A DNA stretch of 64,000 nt from Octopus bimaculoides (taxonomy: Eukaryota). The position numbers and the translations under genes were made by a program. Under the pieces are notes generated by a model. The model had not been told where the DNA came from and made no database searches. It saw only the letters and a program-made list of their open reading frames with translations. Each line of letters starts with the position of its first letter. Within the stretch, counting starts at the first letter, position 1. Shown here piece after piece: positions 50,266-61,310 of the stretch. The DNA lies in NCBI RefSeq assembly GCF_001194135.2, contig NC_068984.1, forward strand, positions 25,674,225-25,738,224. The letters run 5' to 3'.

Positions 50266-52621
50266 GAAGCAGTTCTATTTTGAGGCATGCACTATTGAAA
50301 CCAGTTTTAAAATAGTTTACCATCAATGGTATTAATCTGCAAGTGCTCACTAAACTGAATTTAAAACTGGTTTGTCACACATCACATGGAAACTTACCAA
50401 AAACTCTTTCATCATTGACATCACGTATGCAGAACCAAACTCCAGCAGGGAAAGCACAGACCAAAATGTGAAGATCAAAGAAAAAAGAAACCCAAGTTGT
50501 AGGTTGATGTTCTGATACTGAAGCTATAATAGGGATGTGGATTTTAGCATAACCAGTATCCCAAAGAGAATAGAACCTTCCACTCCATGGTGCAATAAAA
50601 CCTGAAAAAAAAAAGACAAATGAAAATAAAGGTATTATTTTTTTAAATAATAATAATTTTGAATAATTTATATTTTGCAGGGTATCATAGCATTACTGTT
50701 TGAGCTGGTCTTTGAAAATAATAGTTGATCTCAAAAATACTGCTGTCATATATTAAAAGATCACAGCTATTGAGCAATTATGAGGTAGAAATAGGAAAGT
50801 CTAGTGGTATCAGTTTGAAAATGTTCATTTGAAAATTTCCATTTGGAAGGAATATGTAAAACTTTGTTTGAGATGAACATTGGAATAAGGAAAAAAACAT
50901 GAAAGCTGTTTGAATTGTAAGTGAAGTGAATAAGTTATACATTTTGCGAAGGCATTTTATGGGACAGCATGAACAAATAAGTTTAACAAAATTTGAACAT
51001 TGGAAAGTTGAAGATCAATGCTTGAGGAAAATACATATTTGATGTGATGGTTATGAAGGGAAAATTTTGTCTGACTTCTGAAGCATGTCAAATGTTAAGA
51101 AATACATGTAGTAATCTTTAAAAATAATAATGATGATGATGATAATAATAATAATCCTTGTAATATTACGCCGTATGTAAACAAACAAGTTTGCTTTCGA
51201 AGCACTGAAATGTATGGTAGAACAAGTAGAAAGATGAATTTTATTCAACGCTTAGATACAGTATAGATATAAAGGATAAAAATCCTTTTTTTTTCTTTTT
51301 AAAAGAAGAAAAATTTGTCGGCAGCACCAAAGAAACTCATCATATTTGATGTGATGGCTATGAAGAATAGCTTCGGTGGTGAGTAGAAGCAATGCAGAGA
51401 ATAGAAAAAAGATTTGAAAAAGTAGAATCAAATAGAATTAGATGTAGTGAAACACTAGTTAATCTACTATTGGATGTTAATACTCTCTAAGATGCTGGTG
51501 ATTGAAAGAGATGTATTGATCTACATCGTTAAAACCACAGTAGAGCAAAGAATTAACTGGTAACATGTAAAAAAAAACACCCAGTACACTCTGTGAAGTG
51601 ATTGATGTTAGGGAAGGGCATTCAGCTGCAGAAAGCAAGCCAAGACAGATGACTGGAGCCTGGTGCAGCTATCTGACTTACTAGCTCCAGTCAAACTATC
51701 TAGTCCATGCCAGTATGGAAAACACAGGTGTTAAAATGGATGATGATGATATATGTTTATGAACATATATTAAAGACATATGTGCACAGAGAGGCATACA
51801 GCTACACACACACTATAATCATCATCATTTTTATATTCACTGTTTCTAAGCTGTCATGAATTGGCCAAGAGTTATTGAAGCAGTACTGCACAGCTGGATA
51901 GCCTTTGTGTCACCAACACTTACTTGTGAAACAAATTAGATAACCTTTATTACATAGTCTTCACACAAGACAAAGCCACTGAGCAATGGAACATATTGTT
52001 TACATGAAGTGTAAACATTGTCACTGTTTTGGTTTAGCCAGATGTTTCCACCAATTGATTAATTCTGTCACTCACCAAAGAATTACTACAAATAAGTATA
52101 CACATCATGGATGTTAGTGCTTGTTGCCTGGCATATGTTAAGTGATGAAGGCGGGGGTTAAATTCATTATGTCATTAGATATAGACAGGTGTTAGCAGTA
52201 ATAATACATATGTTTTTGCATGCCTATGGCTAAAAGGGTAAAACCCCCTTGGGTCATGAACGACCATGTGATTGCACCTAGAAAGTTCCCTTCTAAGGTA
52301 CAAGTCTGGGCAAGATTGTTTAAGGAAGACCAGCAGTCACCCATGCACTGTAGCCTCCCCTCTCCATTCCACTGATGTCCAAGAGAAAGGCAAAGGCCGA
52401 TACAGCTTGGCGCCAGTGATGCCGCAACTCATTTCTACAGCTGAGTGAACTGGAGCAGCATGAAATAAAGTGTCTTGCTCAAGAACACAGCATGGTCTGT
52501 GAATCGAACTCACTACCTCATGATTGTGAACCTGATACTCTAACCACTGAGTCATGTGCATTCACACGTATGACTATGAACATCCATATTAAACACATAT
52601 AGACATACATGTACAGGGAAA

Positions 52622-52657
<36 letters not shown>

Positions 52658-55600
52658 ATCATCATCATCATTTTTATATCCACTTTTTCTATGCTGCCGT
52701 GAATTGGCCAAAAGTTATTGAAGAGGCACTGCACAGGTGGATAGCTTTTGTGTCACCAACACATACTTGTAAAGTAACTTTTATTACAGAGTCTTCACAC
52801 AAGACAAAATCATCAAGCAATGAAGCATACTGTTTGGATGAAGTGTAAACATTGTCACAATTTTTATTTATAATGGTAACAATGTGAAGATATGTGGAAA
52901 CACACACACACACACACACATATATTTAGACAATAGGTTTCAAGCAGTTTCCATCTACCAAATTTCTCTTACATAGCAATGGTTGGTCCAAGCTATAAAA
53001 GGCACTCACCCAAGGTACCTTGCAATGGGATAGAACCTGAAACCTGGGTAGGCTGGGATGCAGACATCTAAAATTGCTCTAGTTTTTTGTTTTTGTGACC
53101 ACCACGTGGCAACTAGATGAAATTTTGCACAACAATAGAGAAAGATATGAATAACAACCACACAAACTTGTCAAGCGTGAAAAGTGCATATTAACGAGTT
53201 TTTGTCGCCCTCTTGAGACCAAAACTAGAAACTAGGCCAATGGCATGTGTATTAGAGTGCTTTTTTGTTGTGAAAGAAAGATTGTGATGTATAGAATGTT
53301 GAAACAAATCTAAATAAATAAGATTGTGAACTTAAATTTACATACTATTAGAGGGTCTTTTTCTTGGTTTTTTACTTGAAATATTTTCAGTTACTGAGAC
53401 ATGTTTGCAAACCATTTAGATCAAATGGGAATGGGGGAGGGGTTATGAAGGGTAAATTTCGTCTGACCTCTAAAGCATGTCGAATGTTAAGAAATACATG
53501 TAGTAATATTTAAAAGTAATGATGATGATAATAATAACAATAATACTTGTAATTTTAACAAGACCAAAGAAACTCATCATTTTTCTCTTGTCTCCCTCAT
53601 CTCTATGTTACACTTTATTCTTCTGCATTAGTCTCTTCTCTCATACACACTCTCTCTTGATTTCTTGCATGCATATACACACACATATATGTGGACATGC
53701 ACACACAGACATACATCTCTCTCTCCACATCTCTTCATTCCAAATAGAAAATTTTGAGAAATGATAAGAGTATCCACACATGCAATCATGATACCAATCT
53801 GCTTTATTATAAGTAACTTGGACATTTGACATCATCATCATCATCATCGTTTAATGTCCGCTTTCCATGCTAGCATGGGTTGGACGATTTGACTGAGGAC
53901 TGGTGCAACCGGATGGCTACACCAGGCTCCAATCTAATTTGGCAGAGTTTCTACAGCTGGATGCCCTTCCTAACGCCAACCACTCCGAGAGTGTAGTGGG
54001 TGCTTACAGGACATAAAACAGTTATTGATATCCATTTTCAACTTGTCTTCATTAATAACACTTTATATTGGTAGCTTATTAATGATTGCATAAATCGAAT
54101 CAAAAAATTCAAAGGTCCCAAAGCAGTTTGTTATATGACCAGGTTGCATTGTCCATGTACAGCATGATAAATGCACTTCATACCTATATGGCTATCATTT
54201 CAAAGCTAACTGTGTCTAACATCATATACATTTTCACTTAATGCAGGATGAAAACTTTACCACAGAGGTAAACGTCTGTAAAATAATATTGTGGGTTTAA
54301 ATATGGGAATTCACTACCACTTCTGTAACTCACTGGAGAAGTGACAAACTATGCTTGTAATGAATTACAGTTGAATTTGATGCATGAATATGAAAACAAG
54401 TAAAATTTAAATTTATAGATAATCCAAGTCAACATTCTCATTTGAGGTGAGCTCTAACACCTCTATTCTTCTTCCTCACCTTCCACATCATCTCCTGCTT
54501 GAGCTAAATTTTGGCAAGTACTGCATCTACACAGATCTGTGCAGGTTACTTTGTGCTGTTGACATGAGCACTGACCCTTTCCTTCACCTTTGGGTTCCTC
54601 ACAGCTATTCTTCTTGCAAATGCAATAAGCAAGCTCAAGCAGAGCACTTGGTGCAGGTGGAAGACCACCCCCACACTACCTCTATAGTGGTATCTGTTAC
54701 TTTCCATCCAAGGTTGTGTAGGCTGGGGATACTGGGAAACTGTTCAAGACATCTGGTAGGTACACCCGCTTGGTAGTGTTTCACCATGGCATCATGTGTG
54801 GGAGGCATGTTCATCTCCGCTTTAGTGCCCATCAAGAACTTGTTACACCGTGCTGCATTGACACTCAAACAATCTTGATCATACAGTCTACAAACAAAGT
54901 TCTCCACTGAGTATACCAGACCATCTTCTACAGAGAATGTTGCACCAAATTGTTGAATGGCTGCTTGAAAATCAACAGATTCAGTCATGAGCTTCAAGGC
55001 TTTCTTCTTAGACCGGCCACAGAAACAACTTGTTGAGTCACAGCTTGTAAAACAATGAAGGCTGATGAGGGCATCTGGTCTCTGAGATGATTTTGTATAG
55101 CTGTTAGATTAAGTGTATGCTTGTTGTTGCCTCTACCAGTGTGAAAGAGTAGCTGGGCCTGAATTTGATGAGCCTTTGCTATGCCAATAATGAAAACATC
55201 AGTGTCTGGGCTCTTTATAATGATTTTCTTTGAAAATGGGAGAACTCTTCCGTGAGTCTTAATCACATGCATGTAACATAACCTAGGGGTTATGAAGGGA
55301 ACTTTTCACAACACAGTTACACACATATATACATATACATGCAATTTGAAGGTAGAGAAGTTAATGATAAAGTGCCAAAATATAATTGGTGAAAAGTTTA
55401 GGAAACCCCTTTGTTTGTGCTCACTATCAATCATCATCATCATCCATTGTCCATACTTGCATGGGTTGGACGGTTTGACCGGGGCTGGCAAACTGGAAGA
55501 CTGCACCAGATACCAGTCTGATTTGGCATGGTTTCTATGGCTGGATGCCCTTCCTAATGCCAATCACTCCAAGAGTGTAATGGGTATTTTTACATGCCGT

Positions 55601-58052
55601 TTGTGTGACACCAATATCTGCCACAACTGCGATTTTACTTGGCCTGATGGGTCTTCTTCTCAAGCACAGCATAATACCAAAGTTCTCAGTCATTTGCCAT
55701 TGCCTTTGTGAGGCCCAACACTCAAAAGGTGCTTTTCACATGCCACTTTGCCTCCGTGAGGCCCAACGCTCGAAAGGTATCTTTAATGTGCCACTGGCAG
55801 GGATGCCAGATATGTGACACCAGGAAGTAGTTCAATGTAAAATCAGCCACACGACAAGTAAAGTGTAAAACAAAGTGGAAGTTTCAGAGAAGAAAACTAA
55901 GAACTAGGGTTGATATAAATAGTCCAATGATTGAAACCGAATACCATTAATAAATAATCACATATCTACTGCTTTGTCCTTAACTGAATACTCTGCTTGC
56001 CAAAATCTCTCAAGTTACAAATACGTTTTGCCCAATGATAAAACAATGTGTTAAAAATAGTTTTAGAATGGAAAGAGAGAAACCTACATTATCAACCTTT
56101 GACTGCAATAATCAAATGAGGCCTTTCATTTTTAGCAAGATTTGGAAACACAATAAAATTTTCATATGGTAACTCTTGGCTTCTAAAATTTAAGCAAACT
56201 AGTTTGAAAATAATGGCAACTTACCAGCCCAAGTCAACCCAACAACAGTGATAAAGACCAAACCAGCTGCAGCTACAATTGAAATGATGAAAAAGTAGCG
56301 GAATTCTGATTTGGAGAGCACAGACTGGATGTACCTCAGAGCAGCATAAGCATTCAGTAGTGCAAATACACCTGAAATAAAAAACATTTCTTTTGAGTGG
56401 GTACAAAATCATTTATTTTCTTACAGAAGAGATTCAAATCAGTGAAACCAAATGGAGTCTAACTAGAGATTATAGAGCAGCTAGACTGACTTGTTACTAA
56501 ATAGGCTAAACTCACTGCCACTGAAAGCAATTAGTTGGATGATAAATACTAAGGAGTAGTAAAATTAAAATTCTTTGTAAAGGTTGTAAGTACTGGGGTA
56601 GATATTGTCAATATCTAATTGCAACCAACATGGAAAATTTTACATAATATCAGTAAAGTTTAATAAAGGACAAAAATCTGAACTTTTTCAAATGATTCTG
56701 ATTCTTGTTGTATGTAGAGCTTTACAAAAGAGCATTTGATTTATTTTTATGAACTTTTAGACTATTGTTCTCTTTGTTTAGCATGAGAACTCAATACTGT
56801 GTGGCTCAATTAGTTTCATAAATATGTCTAAATACATTGCATAATTAACAGAATAAATGATGACAACTTCAATCAGAATTCACAACAAATCTGTGAATGC
56901 AGCATATTAAGATCTTGCCACTATTACATAGCAGCCGTCATACATTTTTCTTATCAAAAATAATAATTTAAATAAAGAATCAATGAGAAGACTGTTAAAC
57001 CAAGCTCATGAATGTTTGTTTTCATTCAACCATTTAAAATTTTTTATTTATACATCTGTTGTGTAAATAAAAACAAACAAAACATATTAAGATTAATGAT
57101 TTACTTATAATTATTGAAATTATTAGGTAGCATCTTTACTTGTTTAATAATTCGTCATGTAAGAAACATCAAAATATAATGAATTTAATTAAATTAGGAA
57201 CATATATGACTTTTCTCAATTTCTGGTTCTACAATTTTCTCATTCTGTTTGCATGAGAACAGAGGTGGACTGTTATTTTAAACACACACCCACCCATCTG
57301 TACCAACAAACCTTGACTTGTATGCTTGAAAATAGAAGCCACGGCATTGATCCTTTTAACTAGGAAGATTTAAAAACAGGTTGCAGCTTGTTAGGAGTTT
57401 GCTTTTGATTCTATGCTATTTATAGAAATATAGTTAAAATAAACATAATAAAGAATAACTGAGAAAGAAATAGAAAGTATAGAAAATAGGTATGGTAAGA
57501 GAAGGGAAATGATCCTGTTTGTTATTAGATGATTAAAATAAGACAAATTCAAATTCATACCTGCTGCAGCCATGTGTTCACTGGTACGAATAGGTTGAAA
57601 TCCAACAAATGGAATTTGCATTGACAATAACAATCCAACGATGTAGAATGTCGTGTATGCTAGAAGTAGTGAGAAAACACATCTAAAATACTTTTACAGT
57701 AATATTTAAAAGAGAATTATAAATATTTTAAAACAATTACTGGATATTTAAAAAAAAAATCTAAAAGGAATAAAAACCAAAACAGACTAGTAACATAGCA
57801 TGTTGTCTTGTGTCAACATTTTGTATTTTACGGAATATTATTTTATAAATACAATAATACGCTTTTACTTGTTTCAGTCATTTGACTGCGGCCATGCTGG
57901 AGCACCGCCTTTAGTCGAGCAGATCGACCCCAGGACTTATTCTTTGGAAGCCTAGTACTTATTCTATCGGTCTCTTTTGCCGAACCGCTAAGTTACGGGG
58001 ACGTAAACACACCAGCATCGGTTGTCAAGTGATGTTGGGGGGACAAACACAG

Positions 58053-58115
<63 letters not shown>

Positions 58116-60439
58116 TATGACGGGCTTCTTTCAGTTTCCGTTCACTCACAAGGCTTTGGTCGGCCCAAGGCTATAGTAGAAGACACTTGCCCAAGGTGCC
58201 ACACAGTGGGACTGAACCTGGAACCATGTGGTTGGTAAGCAAGCTATTTACCACACAGCCACTCCTGCACCTATATATATTTATTTTTAGTAGATATTTG
58301 TTTAGAATTTAACCAAACTTGCTTGTTGAATAAACAACTCCTCAATGGTAATTGTAGCATTCACACTCTCTAAACCTAGTATAGCATAGTTGACATTGAC
58401 GTTTGAGACTTGGATATGCAATGTTAAGATGGATTTACAGAAAAAATTAAAGTTAAACTGTGAATATTAGAAGTAACTGGAGACAAAAGTAGAATAGAGG
58501 ACCAATGACAGTTGTTTCATAATGTAATATTGGTTGATCATTTATGATGAAAATAAATACTTGTCATAAGAGTATCATTTGTTCATTGGTTTATTTTTAT
58601 ATCTATTTTCTATCTTAGCATGGTTTAGACAAATATATTATTGAGGCAACGTTTTACAGCTAGATGCTCTTCCTGTCACTGACCCTTAGCTGTTTTTTGA
58701 AGTAAGGGATCTCTTATTTCATATGCCTTTGAAGTGGATGATTTGTTGACAGATAAATGACAAAATCACCACTTGTGACTCAAGTGATTTTGGAGAAATG
58801 CAAATGTAAACGAACATACCATCAACACACACATGATTGGCCTCTTTCAGTTTCTCTCTACATAATCCATTCACAAGGCTATTATATCATCACCATTTAA
58901 TGTTTTCCATGCTGGTATGGGTTGGACAGTTTAACTGGAGCTGGCAAGGCCAGGAGGCACAGGTTTCATAGTCTGTTCTGGCTTGGTTTTTATGGCTGGA
59001 TGCCCTTCTTAATGCCAACCACTTTACAGAGTATACAGGGTGCTTTTTATGTGGCACCAGCACTAGTACTTTTTATGTGGCACCAGCACTAGTACTTTTT
59101 GTGTGGCACCAAAACCAGGAATTTTTACATGGCATCAGCAGCATCATAATAATTTAACTTCATATGGCCTGAACTAGAAAAAATTATCTGAAGTTTTGGT
59201 AGAGTAAATCAAACCCTCTATACCCTACAGGTTAAAAGCCTCAACATTTATTGATTTGATCTCAATATAAATCATAATGCTTGAATATATTGAACTATCA
59301 TTGATAGTAAATGAAATATTTTCTACTTACCAATATAAATTCGCCTAGAATATCGTTTCATCAGCAATAACACAAAGACATGAAGTGGGATTAAGTTGAT
59401 GATGAAAACATACCCACCCCAAGCTGATACCTGCAAAAGAAAATATTTTAGATAAAAATGAAAAAAGGAAATTAAAGTAATTTGTTTTAATCTAAAGAAA
59501 CATTATACAATTAAACATTTCAGTAAACAGCTTCAAATCGTGAAAAGAAACTTACTTTTACATGTATTGAAAGACTTCGATTTAAAATTGCTTTAATGTT
59601 TGGCAAGGTATTTAAATTATGAACAGGAATACCATTATTTTCTATGATTTCTCTTTTAAAAGAACTTTCTGAAACAATTAACAATACTGACATCAAATTC
59701 TTTCAATTAAAAAAAAAAAAGAAAAACAAAAAGAATGTCCCAAAATTCTTAANNNNNNNNNNNNNNNNNNNNNNNNNNNNNNNNNNNNNNNNNNNNNNNN
59801 NNNNNNNNNNNNNNNNNNNNNNNNNNNNNNNNNNNNNNNNNNNNNNNNNNNNNNNTTTACAAACAAACGGTAAGAGATACAAACACATTCTACATATTTC
59901 TTGATAGGGGAAGGTTTAAAGTTTATAGCTGAACATAATCAATTGAATTAAGCCTTAAATAAAATAATATTTTAATTTTGTTTTAATGTTTCATTTCATT
60001 TAAAGTGTAGTCCCTTAGAAAATGGCAACGCCACAAGAAAAGTCTTTTTGCGTGCTGCAGTTTGAGAAATGTGAATTGATTGTGCAAGTGCAATGTGAAT
60101 TTCGCCGCCAATTCAATAAAAATCCACCTTGTCACCTGCAAATTTACGAATGGCATAAAAATTTCAGAAAAAGGTTGCATTTGTAAAGGAAAAAGCACTG
60201 GTGTTCATGGTGCTCGTGTTGACTGCATACTACCTTAAAATAAACTTTAAACCCTCCCCTATCAAGAAATATATAAAATGTGTTTGTGTCTCTTACCGTT
60301 TGTTTTAAAATAAATTTAAAATCTGCTCTTTCTTTTTGAATAACCCTGTATATTAACTGAGATCATAACTTACCATATAGAAGTAGGACAATGCAGTACA
60401 TACTCCCCAGAATACTGTTCCTGTCTTTACTGCTTTTAT
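40245..60439 (-). CDS. STT3B: STT3B, dolichyl-diphosphooligosaccharide--protein glycosyltransferase catalytic subunit (multi-exon, 5'-partial, one internal exon not assembled)
   Basis: Eleven exons with GT/AG boundaries and compatible phases (one break at the missing exon). They encode the hallmark OST motifs [20 protein letters not shown] and [14 protein letters not shown]. The segment [26 protein letters not shown] is the STT3B type (STT3A has RIGGSTDTGKHIKE). Confidence 0.97.
40509..40860. repeat. Long inverted repeat (fold-back palindrome) of Penelope-like sequence in the last STT3B intron
   Basis: Arms 40509-40692 and 40705-40860 with a 12-nt loop; few mismatches and two indels. Confidence 0.92.
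42781..42987 (-). CDS. STT3B: STT3B exon (207 bp): [69 protein letters not shown]
   Basis: ttttatag| ... |gtaagt, phase 0-0; conserved [17 protein letters not shown]. Confidence 0.96.
44593..44706 (-). CDS. STT3B: STT3B exon (114 bp): [38 protein letters not shown]
   Basis: ttgttttag| ... |gtatgg, phase 0-0. Not in the ORF track (too short); read manually. Confidence 0.96.
44975..45250 (+). mobile_element. RTE LINE 3' remnant within a STT3B intron
   Basis: [32 protein letters not shown] motif. Confidence 0.8.
46050..46223 (-). CDS. STT3B: STT3B exon (174 bp): [58 protein letters not shown]
   Basis: ctattcag| ... |gtaagt, phase 0-0; DK/MI motif DINKFLWM. Confidence 0.98.
46690..46861 (-). 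CDS. STT3B: STT3B exon (172 bp): [57 protein letters not shown]
   Basis: ctttttcaccag-type acceptor (ttcaccag|) and donor |gtaagg, phase 2-0; WWDYG motif and NRT/NNT/NNS sequons. Confidence 0.98.
48008..48195 (-). CDS. STT3B: STT3B exon (188 bp): [63 protein letters not shown]
   Basis: caatgtttaag| ... |gtaagc, phase 0-2; conserved HCTWVTS.AYSSPS motif. Confidence 0.95.
48447..48830 (-). mobile_element. SINE family D, full length, intronic
   Basis: Alignable along its length to 34213-34580. Confidence 0.88.
49812..50216. other. Assembly gap (405 N) flanked by (TA)n; probable location of the missing STT3B exon
   Basis: N run seen directly. The flanking STT3B exons are phase-incompatible and I found no matching exon elsewhere in 48196-50397. 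Confidence 0.75.
50398..50601 (-). CDS. STT3B: STT3B exon (204 bp): [67 protein letters not shown]
   Basis: ttttttcag| ... |gtaagt, phase 1-1; contains the SVSE peptide-binding/catalytic motif. Confidence 0.97.
52238..52562 (-). mobile_element. tRNA-head SINE with RTE-like 3' segment
   Basis: Head gcacatgactcagtggttagagtatc...gagttcgattcac, then ttcttgagcaagacactttatttc and a distinct tail. Confidence 0.65.
54463..55285 (-). mobile_element. Academ-like (AcademX) DNA transposon remnant: XPG/FEN1-like domain plus C-terminal Cys-rich zinc finger
   Basis: [58 protein letters not shown]...W, then [20 protein letters not shown]...[22 protein letters not shown]...EEE* (TAG at 54465-54463); several frameshifts. 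Confidence 0.72.
56225..56371 (-). CDS. STT3B: STT3B exon (147 bp): [49 protein letters not shown]
   Basis: ttatttcag| ... |gtaagt, phase 1-1; transmembrane segments in the expected order. Confidence 0.94.
57561..57659 (-). CDS. STT3B: STT3B exon (99 bp): [34 protein letters not shown]
   Basis: ctacttctag| ... |gtatga, phase 1-1; conserved [19 protein letters not shown] motif. Confidence 0.96.
57862..58272 (-). mobile_element. SINE family A, young near-consensus copy, intronic
   Basis: Near-identical to 10779-11311 and 28036-28432. Confidence 0.9.
59331..59430 (-). CDS. STT3B: STT3B exon (100 bp): [33 protein letters not shown]
   Basis: tcttttgcag| ... |gtaagt, phase 0-1; near-invariant STT3 sequence. 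Confidence 0.96.
59856..60348 (+). mobile_element. Internally deleted Tc1/mariner element (left end in N gap) retaining the transposase N-terminal HTH
   Basis: Long inverted repeats 59857-59930 / 60240-60305; right end ...taaccctg|TA; ATG at 60022 reads [31 protein letters not shown]. Confidence 0.78.
60374..60439 (-). CDS. STT3B: STT3B exon (66 bp): [22 protein letters not shown]
   Basis: Acceptor ttattgcag| and donor |gtaagt, phase 0-0; matches STT3B VKSVKTGSVFW..CCLSYFYM. Confidence 0.93.
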
Positions 60440-61216
60440 CTGCAATAAATAGATTAATTAAATGAAATAATCAATTTGAATAAAGGATTAAAAACATAAC
60501 AGGAAAGGGATATTCAAATACTATCTAGGTGTGCGTGTATATCTCTCCCTGTTATATCTGTGGCAGTGTGCATGTATCTACATTAATGTATCAATCTATA
60601 TCAGTGTGTAAGTGTATATGTTAATTTTTGTGCTTGTATATGCCCGTTATTGTGTGCATGTGTACACATGCATATGCATAAGTGTGCTTGGGTATATCTG
60701 TATGTGTGTGCATGTAGATTCAGAAAGGAAGGTATATAAATTCCTTTGCCAATGGTACTGGGTGAAGTAAGACGATTGACATCAACAAAATTAATACTTG
60801 CTTTGTCAATCTCAGTGTATCAATATTTTTTAGTACAATGACTAATGCATATAAGTCTGTTACATGTGTGTATCTGTATACCTGTATTTCTGATTTTTAG
60901 ATAATAGTATACTGAGATAAAATAGTATACTGTCAGAAGAAATCTATTACTATATATATGATATTGAATTTCCTTGATTTAAACAGTTTAAATTTTTACT
61001 TTAAACAACATATCCAAATTCTGAGCTGGAATACCATTATTTATGTGTGTGTATATCCCATGCTAGCATAGAGAAAAAAGATGCAAAACAAATATATTAA
61101 AGTGTGTGTGTGTGTGTTTGTACATATGGGTATATTTCTATGTTAACAACTACAGATATCATTTATCAAAATCATTATGGAAAATTTTAGTTTCAACCAA
61201 TTTGGTTTCTTAATTA

Positions 61217-61310
61217 GATCACATTTAAATCTAAATTAAATCACATTTAAATCTATATTAAATCACATTTAAATCTAAATTAAATCACATTTAAATCTAA
61301 ATTAAATCAC
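61217..61310. repeat. Minisatellite, ~4.3 copies of 22 bp (aatcacatttaaatctaaatta)
   Basis: Seen directly. Confidence 0.92.

Noticed and set aside
57660-57683. Alternative upstream acceptor (tattttag|ATGTG...) for the 99-bp STT3B exon
   Set aside because: The downstream ctacttctag| site gives the correct phase and a gap-free match (RIYI-AYTTFY); the upstream site adds non-homologous residues.
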